Under the pieces are notes generated by a model that saw only the letters and a list, made by a program, of their open reading frames with translations, was not told the DNA's origin and searched no databases. A program made the translations under genes and the position numbers. Positions 1 to 8,461 of a stretch of DNA of 28,328 nt are shown here, piece by piece. How positions within the stretch are numbered: the stretch's first letter is position 1; each line of letters starts with the position of its first letter. The stretch comes from a virus (Duplodnaviria > Caudoviricetes): positions 1-28,328 of IMG/VR virus record IMGVR_UViG_3300037882_002358; one strand, written 5' to 3'.

Positions 1-110
1 CACGAGCATGCGGGTAATTTGCTTGGAGTAGTTGCATATAGACCAAAACCAAGAATAGCCAAAGCAGAAAATAACAACACCACAGCAATAATTTCTCCCA
101 TGTCAGGCAT
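1..110 (-). CDS. Partial small membrane protein (runs off window start)
   Basis: Hand translation MPDMGEIIAVVLLFSALAILGFGLYATTPSKLPACS...; GGAG 7 nt upstream of ATG 110 (alternative ATG 101); hydrophobic N-terminal helix; overlaps the ATP-grasp stop. Confidence 0.55.
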   Translation of the reverse strand, partial: MPDMGEIIAVVLLFSALAILGFGLYATTPSKLPACS

Positions 111-912
111 TGAACATCTCCGTGATTACACCAACAAAGATGTTCATATCAATGGCATAGAAACCTGATGAGGAGACTGCATTGGTTTCAATGATCTTCA
201 GACCATCAGGGGTATCCGCAATATCAAGAGTGAACAACCTACGTGGGTTCCATTCTCGAACACACTCGTTGGCATAATCGATAATACGTTGACCAACATC
301 AGAAGAATAAGCAACAGTCTGACCAGTCTTGTAACGCGATCCTGTGATATATCGTCCATCAGCAATGATGCATCGATATTCGGCCCAAATGGCCTTCAAG
401 GGTGCAATCATCACTTCCGTTTCTGGTGGTAGAGTAGTGTATCCACTGATGGACATTAGATCGTTGCGCCAACCTTCGAATTCAACATGATTCATAATAG
501 TTCCTGCAAAAGCCTTACTATCTTCATCGGGGCGAATGAAGAACTCACCAACGGGAGCAACAATTGAACCCAAAGGTCCAAATACAGCATCATTATTCAG
601 ACAATGGTTCCCCCAATGTTGGATATTTTCGGCCAATCCGGGAGAATCGATATACCCGGGGTTCCACCCATGATTTTCCGAAACAAGCTTCATTGAAGTT
701 GTCCCAGTGACGAATACTGATCCCTCAATATTCAATCGAATTGGTTTATGATTACCGTCTTGGTCCAGATCATCTTCCATAGCGATAAGATAGTCAACAA
801 ATGGTGGCTTACGAACGAGTGTATAGGGAACTTGTTGTTTATCAAGTTGTTCGATCAAAGCGTAATAACCGCCCTCTCGCTTAAGATTAGTATTTACGAT
901 CCAATGCGTCAT
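103..912 (-). CDS. ATP-grasp fold protein (R2K/DUF4343-like)
   Basis: Motifs FFIRP..DSKAFAG, EYRC and LDIADTPDGLKIIETN (terminal ExN metal-binding motif) typical of R2K-clade ATP-grasp proteins. Confidence 0.75.
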   Translation of the reverse strand: MTHWIVNTNLKREGGYYALIEQLDKQQVPYTLVRKPPFVDYLIAMEDDLDQDGNHKPIRLNIEGSVFVTGTTSMKLVSENHGWNPGYIDSPGLAENIQHWGNHCLNNDAVFGPLGSIVAPVGEFFIRPDEDSKAFAGTIMNHVEFEGWRNDLMSISGYTTLPPETEVMIAPLKAIWAEYRCIIADGRYITGSRYKTGQTVAYSSDVGQRIIDYANECVREWNPRRLFTLDIADTPDGLKIIETNAVSSSGFYAIDMNIFVGVITEMFNA

Positions 913-1208
913 GTTGCTACCTTTGCTTCAAATGTCGAATATACTGTTAGGAAAAGAATCATATCAGAACGATGTTCAAAAAGAATATGAGCATCGTTCA
1001 TTACCCAGAATCCCTCTATATTGGCGTTTAGCCAATTGGTGATTTTGTGGGGATATACTGGGGCTGTTGGAATATCTGTTCCTCTCACCTCTGTAGTAAA
1101 TACAACACGATTGCTATAGAAAATCAAGAGCTTTTCTATAGGTAACTTGTTCATCACATCAATTGGTAGACGCTTTGTGTGTTTGCATTTAAATTCTTTA
1201 TCAGCCAC
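909..1208 (-). CDS. Hypothetical protein, paralog of 16376-16633 and 16652-16903
   Basis: Shares KHTKR, W..N..G(F/L/I)(W/Y) and FE..(S/E)DM motifs with the two genes at 16.4-16.9 kb; overlaps both neighbours. Confidence 0.7.
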   Translation of the reverse strand: MADKEFKCKHTKRLPIDVMNKLPIEKLLIFYSNRVVFTTEVRGTDIPTAPVYPHKITNWLNANIEGFWVMNDAHILFEHRSDMILFLTVYSTFEAKVAT

Positions 1209-1512
1209 GGTAAAAATCGGCCCAAATGTTCAGCCCAATACAGAGAACGAACACGATTCCCCAGAACTTACTCGAAATGGGAACTGTTTGGTCAACCTCA
1301 TCCATCATACTGGCGTTCATTTTTTTATCCATCTGATGGGTCCAGATACAAACCAATGCAGATATCACGAGGGTGCCGTATACCCACGAGATTGGTATAA
1401 TTCCCATAATTGCAAACAGCTTAACGATTACGAATAGTAAGGGAGCGATGAATACGTAGTGTTCCCAATACGGGCCAATTCTACCATCTCTTTGAATAAT
1501 GTGTTCTTTCAT
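1201..1512 (-). CDS. Small membrane protein (about 3 hydrophobic segments)
   Basis: Hydrophobic stretches VFIAPLLFVIVKLFAIMGII, VYGTLVISALVCIW and FWGIVFVLCIGLNIW; sigma70-like promoter directly upstream. Confidence 0.7.
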   Translation of the reverse strand: MKEHIIQRDGRIGPYWEHYVFIAPLLFVIVKLFAIMGIIPISWVYGTLVISALVCIWTHQMDKKMNASMMDEVDQTVPISSKFWGIVFVLCIGLNIWADFYRG

Positions 1513-1518
1513 AGCCCG

Positions 1519-1547
1519 TGATTATCATCAATATTCGAATGTGTCAA
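1519..1547 (-). promoter_or_regulatory. Sigma70-like (early) promoter, probably leaderless
   Basis: TTGACA (1547-1542), 17 nt, TAATCA (1524-1519) preceded by TGn, 6 nt, ATG 1512. Confidence 0.6.
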
Positions 1548-1553
1548 TAAATA
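1547..1553 (+). promoter_or_regulatory. T4-type late promoter (ATAAATA)
   Basis: TAAATA 1548-1553, spacer CTCC, ATG 1558; no Shine-Dalgarno. Confidence 0.7.
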
Positions 1554-1557
1554 CTCC

Positions 1558-2379
1558 ATGCTGATAAGTGAAATAACTCTCTACCACGGGACGCCCCACA
1601 ATTTTGATAATTTTTCCACCGATCATGTTGGTAAAGGAGAAGGTTTTCAAGCATTCGGATGGGGGTTATATTTCGCATCAGTAAGAGCAGTAGCGGAATG
1701 GTATAGGGCGAAATTATCACCCAGACCTTTTGTAAAATATGATAATGAAATATATGATATCCGAGATAAAATGTTTGGGGAAGACAAATACGCAATAGCA
1801 AGAGATCGTGGATCATTACTATCCCAAGATGTTGCTATTGATACTAAACTGAATATCCCAGATGAATTATTAGACACCTTTGCTGCATGGGGACATGATC
1901 TTATAGAATATATAATCTCTACGATGTTACAGAATAGAAGTAAGGTAGAGGATATTGCCAATTCTTTCAAACCACAGCATATCTATGATGATGAATTAGA
2001 GCATTATGAGAAGATGCGCGCTATTGTTGTTAAACAATGTAACGAAATCGAACGTGTATATCCAGAAAAATCAGGTTTTGTCTATGAGGTTGATGTTCCT
2101 GAAGAATTGTTTCTTCACTGGGACAAAACCTTATCACAACAAAGTCCCGAAGTTGCTAAACTGTTATCTGATTATCCAAGGTATTACAAAGGTCAGGACA
2201 TTTATAATAGGCTCGCTACGGATTTGGGAAATCAAAAGGCCGCTTCCATGGAACTACTCAAGAGGGGAATTAAAGGATTGGTATTTTTCGATATGCAATC
2301 TCGGGGCAATAATGAGAAGCAGACGTTGAATTATGTCCTGTTCAGTTCCAATTCGGTAAACATCCGAAGGGTGTATTAA
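1558..2379 (+). CDS. ADP-ribosyltransferase-like protein (polyvalent-protein ART type)
   Basis: LYHGT..F..F, GEG.QAFGWGLYFA, VYEVDVP..LHWDKTLSQQSP, GIKGL and NYVLF; paralogous to C-terminal half of 12776-13990. Confidence 0.65.
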   Translation: MLISEITLYHGTPHNFDNFSTDHVGKGEGFQAFGWGLYFASVRAVAEWYRAKLSPRPFVKYDNEIYDIRDKMFGEDKYAIARDRGSLLSQDVAIDTKLNIPDELLDTFAAWGHDLIEYIISTMLQNRSKVEDIANSFKPQHIYDDELEHYEKMRAIVVKQCNEIERVYPEKSGFVYEVDVPEELFLHWDKTLSQQSPEVAKLLSDYPRYYKGQDIYNRLATDLGNQKAASMELLKRGIKGLVFFDMQSRGNNEKQTLNYVLFSSNSVNIRRVY

Positions 2380-2558
2380 AATTCTTTAATGACACCCAAC
2401 ACGGAAGCTTGTGAAAATCTCGCTACAGTATCTTCGTTCCAACTATTTGAGGGATAGTTATCAAAGATATGATCCCGAGTCTTAGTCCCCACGAAATAAT
2501 AACGTGAAGAGACATAAACGCTCTGGCCATTCACAAGCATGATCTTCCATTTATGCAT
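2376..2558 (-). CDS. Hypothetical 60-aa protein
   Basis: Starts 3 nt after the AAA ATPase stop and fills the gap to the convergent gene. Confidence 0.55.
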   Translation of the reverse strand: MHKWKIMLVNGQSVYVSSRYYFVGTKTRDHIFDNYPSNSWNEDTVARFSQASVLGVIKEF

Positions 2559-2561
2559 TAC

Positions 2562-4610
2562 TCAAAATCCTATTGATTTTCTATGGTTGGGCTTGAGTTC
2601 ACATTCACGCTCAATCATTTGGTAGATTTCTTCACCATCACGAATGCCCAATACCTTTACTTGTTTTTCCACACAAGCGATATCCCCGGGCGTGATGATA
2701 TCGTTACGCAAAATTCGCATAGGAGCGTCTACGCCATAATAGGCATTGAACAAACGAGCAGCTTGATCCCCCTTGAGGAAATTGAACTTAACCTTGAAGG
2801 TGAATCTACGAAGTGCGGCTGGATCGAGATTATCCATCAGATTGGTAGTAATTACGAAGGGTTCGGGGTGTTTTTCCATCTGGGACAAGATTTCATTCAC
2901 TTGAGAGATTTCCCATGAAGCTTTTGCATTTTCTCTATTCTGGAAAAAACTGTCGCCCTCGTCAATGATCAACATGGCTTTTTCGAGACGAGCTTCTTCA
3001 AACGCAGCAGCGATGTTTTGTTCAGTCACACCCAACCAGCATGATACCAGATCACTTGCGCGTTTGAACACCACATCTTTGCCCATTTGGCGAGCAAGAT
3101 AACGGGCATATTCAGACTTACCCGTTCCGGGTGGCCCATACAGACAGAGTGCGAACGCTGAAGTATCCGTGGAGATAATCCTATTAGTGAACCCCTGCAT
3201 ATCAATATCAGCGTTGATACACTTGACATCATAGTGATCCACAATAGCGGGCTTAGAGTTGAACTTACGTTCGGCACCATAATTCACCAACGTATCAAGA
3301 CTCTTGACGATATGATCGATGTCTTCAAACGTCCCTTTGATCTTCGCCATACGGGTTGCGTTTTTGATCAATGCAGGAGAAATATCGTAATGATCCAGAT
3401 CAGCAATGTCCGTGTAATCAATTTCATATTCACTGGCATACTTGGACCAAATCCGTCTGCGCGCCAATTTATCAGGAGTCTTACAATGGATATTGTATGT
3501 CATTCTCCGTAACACTGGTGAACCCACTGCGGTAAGAGAATTTGTAGTCCAGATGATAGGAATTGGGGTGGTTTCAATAATGCGGTTAATGAATGCCTTG
3601 GAAAAAGTCGCATTGGCATCAGTTTTAAACAAGTCTTCAATCTCGTCAAACAAAAGAATAGTCTTGTCACTATTTGCGAAAAGCTTCATCGCAATCTTGA
3701 GATTACCCAAGCGATCTGCGCGGGATTTTTCTTGAGTATCAATATCAGAGATATCACCAATCACTTTCAAGTCCCAGCCATTTTCCTTAGCCAAAGTGAT
3801 TGCCAACTCGGTCTTACCCGTCCCTGCTGGTCCCCACAGCATAACATTTGTTCCACGGGTTTTATTACCAAGTCCATCCCGCAAAACATCAACCACGCGT
3901 GACACATCATTAGTGATATGTGGATAGTCTTCCAATGTCAGGGTTGAACTGACATTGTTAGGGAACAGGATAGTATCAACCTGCTCAAAGGTGATATCAG
4001 TGGTTTCGAAGATTTTTTCGTAGTTAGGAGAGATCGAAAACGAGCCTTCGGGATATTTCGAAGGAATAACAAAGCCAGATTTCACCAGAAAACCATCAAG
4101 GATATTCTCAGCATCACGCAAAGGGATATTGAGAATTGACGCTATCAATAATGGTTTCTGTGAAAAACCATGAATGATTCGCGTCATGGACGAATCAAAT
4201 GGATAATCAAGATCGACCATGTGCGCGCAATATTGCAAGAAGGTGGTTTCATTTTCGTCCAGTTCCAACAATTCTGCAATTGTCCGAACGGTGGGGTCAA
4301 TTGGGAAATCATCATCCAGTTCGGGACAAAGATTGACCATAGGCTGAACGATCATTCGTTCAATTGTATCAATGTTGATAAATTTGGAATAAATGGGAAA
4401 AGATACGGATGTTTCGTATTCTGCTCGATGCGCTTCATCCATTTTAGAAATAGCATCGCGCCATCCAACCTGTTGTTCAATATCATGAAGAGGGAAGCGG
4501 CTTTCTACCAAAGTCTTCATAAGATTGTCATCAGAGAAGTTCCCCTTCCACGTCATCAAAGCATTGATAGCAATCTTGGTGTAGAAGATATTCTTATTGT
4601 ATTGAGACAT
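2562..4610 (-). CDS. AAA+ ATPase with two AAA modules (Cdc48/SpoVK-like)
   Basis: Walker A GPAGTGKT and GPPGTGKS; Walker B LLFDE and LIIDE; sensor TTN; Arg-finger LRRM and LDPAALRRF; C-terminal IGF. Confidence 0.9.
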   Translation of the reverse strand: MSQYNKNIFYTKIAINALMTWKGNFSDDNLMKTLVESRFPLHDIEQQVGWRDAISKMDEAHRAEYETSVSFPIYSKFINIDTIERMIVQPMVNLCPELDDDFPIDPTVRTIAELLELDENETTFLQYCAHMVDLDYPFDSSMTRIIHGFSQKPLLIASILNIPLRDAENILDGFLVKSGFVIPSKYPEGSFSISPNYEKIFETTDITFEQVDTILFPNNVSSTLTLEDYPHITNDVSRVVDVLRDGLGNKTRGTNVMLWGPAGTGKTELAITLAKENGWDLKVIGDISDIDTQEKSRADRLGNLKIAMKLFANSDKTILLFDEIEDLFKTDANATFSKAFINRIIETTPIPIIWTTNSLTAVGSPVLRRMTYNIHCKTPDKLARRRIWSKYASEYEIDYTDIADLDHYDISPALIKNATRMAKIKGTFEDIDHIVKSLDTLVNYGAERKFNSKPAIVDHYDVKCINADIDMQGFTNRIISTDTSAFALCLYGPPGTGKSEYARYLARQMGKDVVFKRASDLVSCWLGVTEQNIAAAFEEARLEKAMLIIDEGDSFFQNRENAKASWEISQVNEILSQMEKHPEPFVITTNLMDNLDPAALRRFTFKVKFNFLKGDQAARLFNAYYGVDAPMRILRNDIITPGDIACVEKQVKVLGIRDGEEIYQMIERECELKPNHRKSIGF

Positions 4611-4618
4611 TGTAATCC

Positions 4619-4849
4619 TTAGTCAAAGTCAAGATGGCGAAATAATGGTCTTGTAAAATTACGTTCTTCCACCACGGTAGTTAGTTTCATCAACGGAAGA
4701 CGGTCATCTATACCTTGGATGAAAGTTGATATAAAGGGTATAACAGAATGTTCTTCATGAAGCAAGCTATCAATGGTGGCGATCATAAAATAACGTTCGG
4801 CACATACCGCAAGAGCGGCATAGTATTCATCAATTTTTTCGGGTGGCAT
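4619..4849 (-). CDS. Hypothetical 76-aa protein
   Basis: Tiles between coaD and the AAA ATPase on the same strand. Confidence 0.55.
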   Translation of the reverse strand: MPPEKIDEYYAALAVCAERYFMIATIDSLLHEEHSVIPFISTFIQGIDDRLPLMKLTTVVEERNFTRPLFRHLDFD

Positions 4850-5327
4850 GTAATTCTTTCATAACACAATCAGTAACCATCCATGAATATTCTTCATCAA
4901 GATCGGTAAGCTGTTTGACTGCACTTGATGATACATGCAAATACTCTTGTTTGCAAATAAAATATGTAATCGGAACACCCGGGAGTGTCTTGGCTACCAT
5001 CCCATTGATGAGAAACTCATCGTTGAAATCACTCATCTGACGCAATCCACGAACAATCGCAGTAGCGTTGGTATCGCGGGCTGCTTGCATCATCGATCCA
5101 GTATAGCACAAGACATTGATCTGGGAGCTATCCAACCCAATTTCTCGGACAGACTGTTCTATGAGGGATAGGCGAGTTTCAATACTAAAACGAGCCGTAT
5201 CTTTTTTGGTAGGATTGATACCAACAGCGATATAGACCTTATCAAAAACTTCAAGAGCTTGTGATACAATATCGAGGTGTCCAAGGGTGATGGGGTCAAA
5301 TGATCCCACGTAGAGGCCAGTTTTCAT
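4830..5327 (-). CDS. coaD: Phosphopantetheine adenylyltransferase
   Basis: GLYVGSFDPITLGHLDIV, VRGLRQMSDFNDE and VSSSAVKQL are PPAT signature segments; start reassigned to MKTGLY at 5327. Confidence 0.9.
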   Translation of the reverse strand: MKTGLYVGSFDPITLGHLDIVSQALEVFDKVYIAVGINPTKKDTARFSIETRLSLIEQSVREIGLDSSQINVLCYTGSMMQAARDTNATAIVRGLRQMSDFNDEFLINGMVAKTLPGVPITYFICKQEYLHVSSSAVKQLTDLDEEYSWMVTDCVMKELHATRKN

Positions 5328-5333
5328 AAGGTA

Positions 5334-5362
5334 TGTATATCCGAAAATATTATACACGACAA
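5334..5362 (-). promoter_or_regulatory. Sigma70-like promoter for coaD operon, probably leaderless
   Basis: TTGTCG (5362-5357), 17 nt, TATACA (5339-5334), 6 nt, ATG 5327; no Shine-Dalgarno. Confidence 0.5.
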
Positions 5363-5450
5363 TATAAATTATCTTTAGCAGCTTCGCATATTTGATTAAT
5401 ATGCGTGATCGTGTCGTGCCTTGCTCGGATGGCTAACAAAATTTCATTTG

Positions 5451-5457
5451 ATAAATA
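5451..5457 (+). promoter_or_regulatory. T4-type late promoter (ATAAATA)
   Basis: TAAATA 5452-5457, 5 nt, ATG 5463. Confidence 0.65.
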
Positions 5458-5462
5458 TCCAC

Positions 5463-5906
5463 ATGGATAACAAACTACTCGCAGACCGTCTCAAACAACT
5501 CTTAGGATCGATGTTCGGTCTATATTTCAATACTCATGCGGCCCATTGGAATATTGAGGGAATCAATTTTTCCGAGTTGCACAAGATGCTTGGTGAACAA
5601 TACGAAGCTATTTGGGAATCCATTGATGGGATCGCTGAGCAGATCAGACAAATTGACGCATATGCTCCCCAAACACTCGCAAGAATGCTTGAACTCAATA
5701 CCATATCGGCTCTTCCCCCCGTTCCGTATGATTACAAAGAAGTGCTGTCTTCTCTTCAACAGGGAAATGAAGTCGTCATATCGTTATTAAATTCCGCCAA
5801 TGAATTGGCAGTTGAGATGGGTAAGCAGGGACTTTCTAATTATCTGTGCGGACTGTTGGAAAACCACTCGAAATATCGTTGGTTCCTGCGGGTATCTGCG
5901 AAATAA
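5463..5906 (+). CDS. dps: Dps / ferritin-like DNA protection protein
   Basis: HAAHWNIEGINFSELHKML.EQYE and DGIAEQIR ferroxidase-centre motifs; C-terminal H.K..WFL; start reassigned to MDNKLL at 5463. Confidence 0.9.
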   Translation: MDNKLLADRLKQLLGSMFGLYFNTHAAHWNIEGINFSELHKMLGEQYEAIWESIDGIAEQIRQIDAYAPQTLARMLELNTISALPPVPYDYKEVLSSLQQGNEVVISLLNSANELAVEMGKQGLSNYLCGLLENHSKYRWFLRVSAK

Positions 5907-6560
5907 TTACGCGATAAAGGTATTTGACCTATCCACCACTATTGGTGATCCATCAGGATAGGTGATTTCAATATTATGTATTGGAGAACTTTGTACCAAT
6001 TGTATTTCTTCTTCCTCGTCACCATTGATCCAGTCAAATCGCGACTCAAAGGTGTGTTGCCAATCAACAGTGACCGAATCCATACTGGTTGAAAGAATTA
6101 TCTCAACATCATTTTCGTGACTATACATTGTTACTGCGTATGAATGCGGGCGACCATTTGTCCAATATATACCCAAGTTGATAGGATTGGGTTGTTTTGT
6201 TCCTAAACCATCAATCCATACTTTGGGAACATACATTGATCGATAAATTCGAGTATCTGGCCCAATGCCTTGCATCATTGATGACACGAATCCCGTTCGA
6301 TGGTTTCTCAACCAATTGGTGAACACTTCTTTGAATTCCGCAGTTTTTGATGCGGCTTCTAAATCAATATCTTCAAATTCCTCGGGAAATAAACCTTCCC
6401 GAACTGCTTCTTCATACCATTCATACATACTATCCTCACTGGAATGTGGGACAAATTTCCATGTAGAAATAATACGGTTGATAAGTTCGTCCGTTACGAA
6501 TGATTTGGGATCGGGTATAAATGAGGTTACGTTTTCAATAATATTAATAAATTTACGCAT
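5907..6560 (-). CDS. Putative virion-internal protein with possible R-S-E type ART-like domain
   Basis: N-terminus MRKFINIIE; IYRSM, LGIYWT and DEEEEIQL resemble the R...S/T...ExE ART core; the ART call is tentative. Confidence 0.5.
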   Translation of the reverse strand: MRKFINIIENVTSFIPDPKSFVTDELINRIISTWKFVPHSSEDSMYEWYEEAVREGLFPEEFEDIDLEAASKTAEFKEVFTNWLRNHRTGFVSSMMQGIGPDTRIYRSMYVPKVWIDGLGTKQPNPINLGIYWTNGRPHSYAVTMYSHENDVEIILSTSMDSVTVDWQHTFESRFDWINGDEEEEIQLVQSSPIHNIEITYPDGSPIVVDRSNTFIA

Positions 6561-6691
6561 TACACATCACCATCTTGGAAATATCGGGGAGCACAATGTC
6601 TCACCCTAATTCGGCCTGATAGCGTGCTTCCTTCAGAATCGGGGATATTATTCCAATCAACTTTTGGAATTGTTTGAAATTCTACAATCAT
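6560..6691 (-). CDS. Unlisted 43-aa ORF
   Basis: Hand translation MIVEFQTIPKVDWNNIPDSEGSTLSGRIRVRHCAPRYFQDGDV*; late promoter 5 nt upstream; TAATG stop/start overlap with 5907-6560. Confidence 0.6.
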   Translation of the reverse strand: MIVEFQTIPKVDWNNIPDSEGSTLSGRIRVRHCAPRYFQDGDV

Positions 6692-6695
6692 GCAC

Positions 6696-7187
6696 TTATT
6701 TATTGCGAAGCAGCATCTGCTTCGCAAATGGAGTCAACCGACAAACTCGGGTAGTCCCATGTTGGTAAGTAACCACCAGACCATTATAGAACAATTCATC
6801 ATAATCTTTTTTATATTCGTAATGATTTTCATCAATCTTGCGGAGAAGCTCGATGTTTACATTTGCGCAATCAATATTAGCTTGTGTTGGACGTTGATGA
6901 GCAAGCAAGCTCAAGATATTGGCATATGCGGTGAATTCGCCATGCAGATATGCTTTTTGAATATCAGTCAAATTACCAATATCAACCGAATCATCATCAA
7001 AGGGATATGGTCCAAATGAATACGCAGCTTTCATAACCTTATCGAGCAAAGGATAGATATCATCACATGCATCCATAGCGGTGGCATCCAGAACATGGCT
7101 ATTAAGGATTCCCATCAGGGCGTCAAAACGGTCGAGCTTCTGACCCCCCGATATTCCATAAACGAGTTCGTCAATATATTCAGACAT
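6696..7187 (-). CDS. Hypothetical protein
   Basis: Start reassigned to MSEYIDELV at 7187 with GAGG upstream; overlaps the end of 7180-7416. Confidence 0.65.
   Translation of the reverse strand: MSEYIDELVYGISGGQKLDRFDALMGILNSHVLDATAMDACDDIYPLLDKVMKAAYSFGPYPFDDDSVDIGNLTDIQKAYLHGEFTAYANILSLLAHQRPTQANIDCANVNIELLRKIDENHYEYKKDYDELFYNGLVVTYQHGTTRVCRLTPFAKQMLLRNK
6697..6703 (-). promoter_or_regulatory. T4-type late promoter (ATAAATA)
   Basis: TAAATA 6702-6697, 5 nt, ATG 6691; overlaps the stop of the upstream gene. Confidence 0.6.
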
Positions 7188-7416
7188 TTCGCACCTCAAC
7201 CTTTTCCCAATAATAAGAGATATACTCTTGTTCGCCTGAACCAATATCCAATGTTGGATCAACTGTCAAGGTTTCTCCAAAATCAAAGTGGCCCACCAGT
7301 TCCAATTCGGCCAATTCGGTATAATGATCGGCCAGTGTTTCTGTTGGAACAATGAACAGCAACGTTCGGTAAGTTCCTGAACAACCATCACACCAATTTC
7401 GATGAACCGCAAACAT
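7180..7416 (-). CDS. Hypothetical protein with CxxC (WCDGC)
   Basis: AGGAGA Shine-Dalgarno upstream of ATG 7416 (MFAVHRNW); promoter upstream. Confidence 0.65.
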   Translation of the reverse strand: MFAVHRNWCDGCSGTYRTLLFIVPTETLADHYTELAELELVGHFDFGETLTVDPTLDIGSGEQEYISYYWEKVEVRNV

Positions 7417-7438
7417 AATTGATCTCCTGTTGCTGATT

Positions 7439-7466
7439 TTTCTATCATATCGTCGCAAAATGTCAA
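7439..7466 (-). promoter_or_regulatory. Sigma70-like promoter
   Basis: A-tract, TTGACA (7466-7461), 16 nt ending TGA, TAGAAA (7444-7439). Confidence 0.45.
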
Positions 7467-7620
7467 TCTTTTTTTTAAATCCGTATGCGCTGCAAAAAGT
7501 TTGTTCCTACCCAGATTGATGATCATTTTCATACCGTTATATAAAATTTGACTTGCATTATATGTCTCATATGGCTTTTAGCTCCATCTGATACCACCAC
7601 TTGGTGACTGAATTTTTAAC

Positions 7621-7649
7621 TTGCATTATTTTTCAATTCTATCTATCTA
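7621..7649 (+). promoter_or_regulatory. Sigma70-like promoter
   Basis: TTGCAT (7621-7626), 17 nt, TATCTA (7644-7649), upstream of GAGG and ATG 7689. Confidence 0.4.
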
Positions 7650-7688
7650 CCGCATATCCCTTTTCGGGTAAATGATGAGGAAACATGT

Positions 7689-8405
7689 ATGAATAAGAAA
7701 GTAGTAGTGAGCGGGTATCAACGCGGAAGAACAGACCATGTTAGTGATATGTTACGAGCGGCATCAAAATCAAAGTTGCGAATAACTATACATGATTATG
7801 CTCTCCAATATAGTGAGAGGATGGGCCTCACTTGGCACATTGACCCATCAGCACTAAAGTCCGCTATCGTCCAAGCTCAACAAAAGTTGCGAATGTCTCG
7901 TGATGAATTGGTCGCCACCACAGGGGAGGTGATTGTAAAGGCAGTGGAAGCGGGCGAATTTAATCGTCTTTTGGGTTCAAAACTTTTCCCAACCGCGCCT
8001 GCTAATGGAAAGGCGAGGACTGGAAAATATCCTTGCTGGTGTGGTGACACCGAAACTCTTCCCAACAGGAAACCAACCCCTGATGGTATGGGCATACAAG
8101 AAATTCAAAACCTGATCAGATTTGCTGAAGGCGCGGGAGATAATGCTTTCAAAAACAGTCAGTATGTTCGCGATCTTGCAAAAATGTCAAAAAACAGACG
8201 GAAGCGCGATATCATCCAACTGATTTCACAATATGAAAAAATGATTGATAAAGAGATGGAAATCACCCAATTGAAAGAAATAAATGAACAGCTTATTACA
8301 CAGTTGGAAGATTACTCGCAGAAAATACTTTTGATTGAAAATCTGACAGAAAAAATCGATTTTGAAAAGTTGGCCCAAGAATTTGGTAAGCCGGTTGCAG
8401 CATAA
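7689..8405 (+). CDS. Hypothetical basic protein with C-terminal coiled coil
   Basis: 238-aa ORF; GAGG 8 nt upstream; heptad-like E/Q/L-rich C-terminus. Confidence 0.75.
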   Translation: MNKKVVVSGYQRGRTDHVSDMLRAASKSKLRITIHDYALQYSERMGLTWHIDPSALKSAIVQAQQKLRMSRDELVATTGEVIVKAVEAGEFNRLLGSKLFPTAPANGKARTGKYPCWCGDTETLPNRKPTPDGMGIQEIQNLIRFAEGAGDNAFKNSQYVRDLAKMSKNRRKRDIIQLISQYEKMIDKEMEITQLKEINEQLITQLEDYSQKILLIENLTEKIDFEKLAQEFGKPVAA

Positions 8406-8413
8406 GGATAATG

Positions 8414-8447
8414 TAGCGGTCAATGAAAATCATTTGGCCGCTATTTT
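8414..8447 (+). terminator. Stem-loop followed by a T-run (intrinsic terminator-like)
   Basis: TAGCGGTCAA...TTGGCCGCTA 10-bp stem (one G-U pair) followed by TTTT. Confidence 0.55.
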
Positions 8448-8461
8448 ATGAGGGACTAAAA

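Noticed and set aside
5385-5405. 8-bp inverted repeat CGCATATT/AATATGCG between coaD and dps
   Set aside because: Real but short, with no T-tract and not repeated elsewhere that I could see; function cannot be supported
7266-7532. 88-aa minus-strand ORF
   Set aside because: Overlaps 7180-7416, which has a strong AGGAGA Shine-Dalgarno and a promoter lying inside this ORF
7551-7629. 11-bp direct repeat ACTTGCATTAT (7551-7561 and 7619-7629)
   Set aside because: Only two copies in AT-rich intergenic DNA, one being a -35 box; not a CRISPR array and too weak to call an operator or origin
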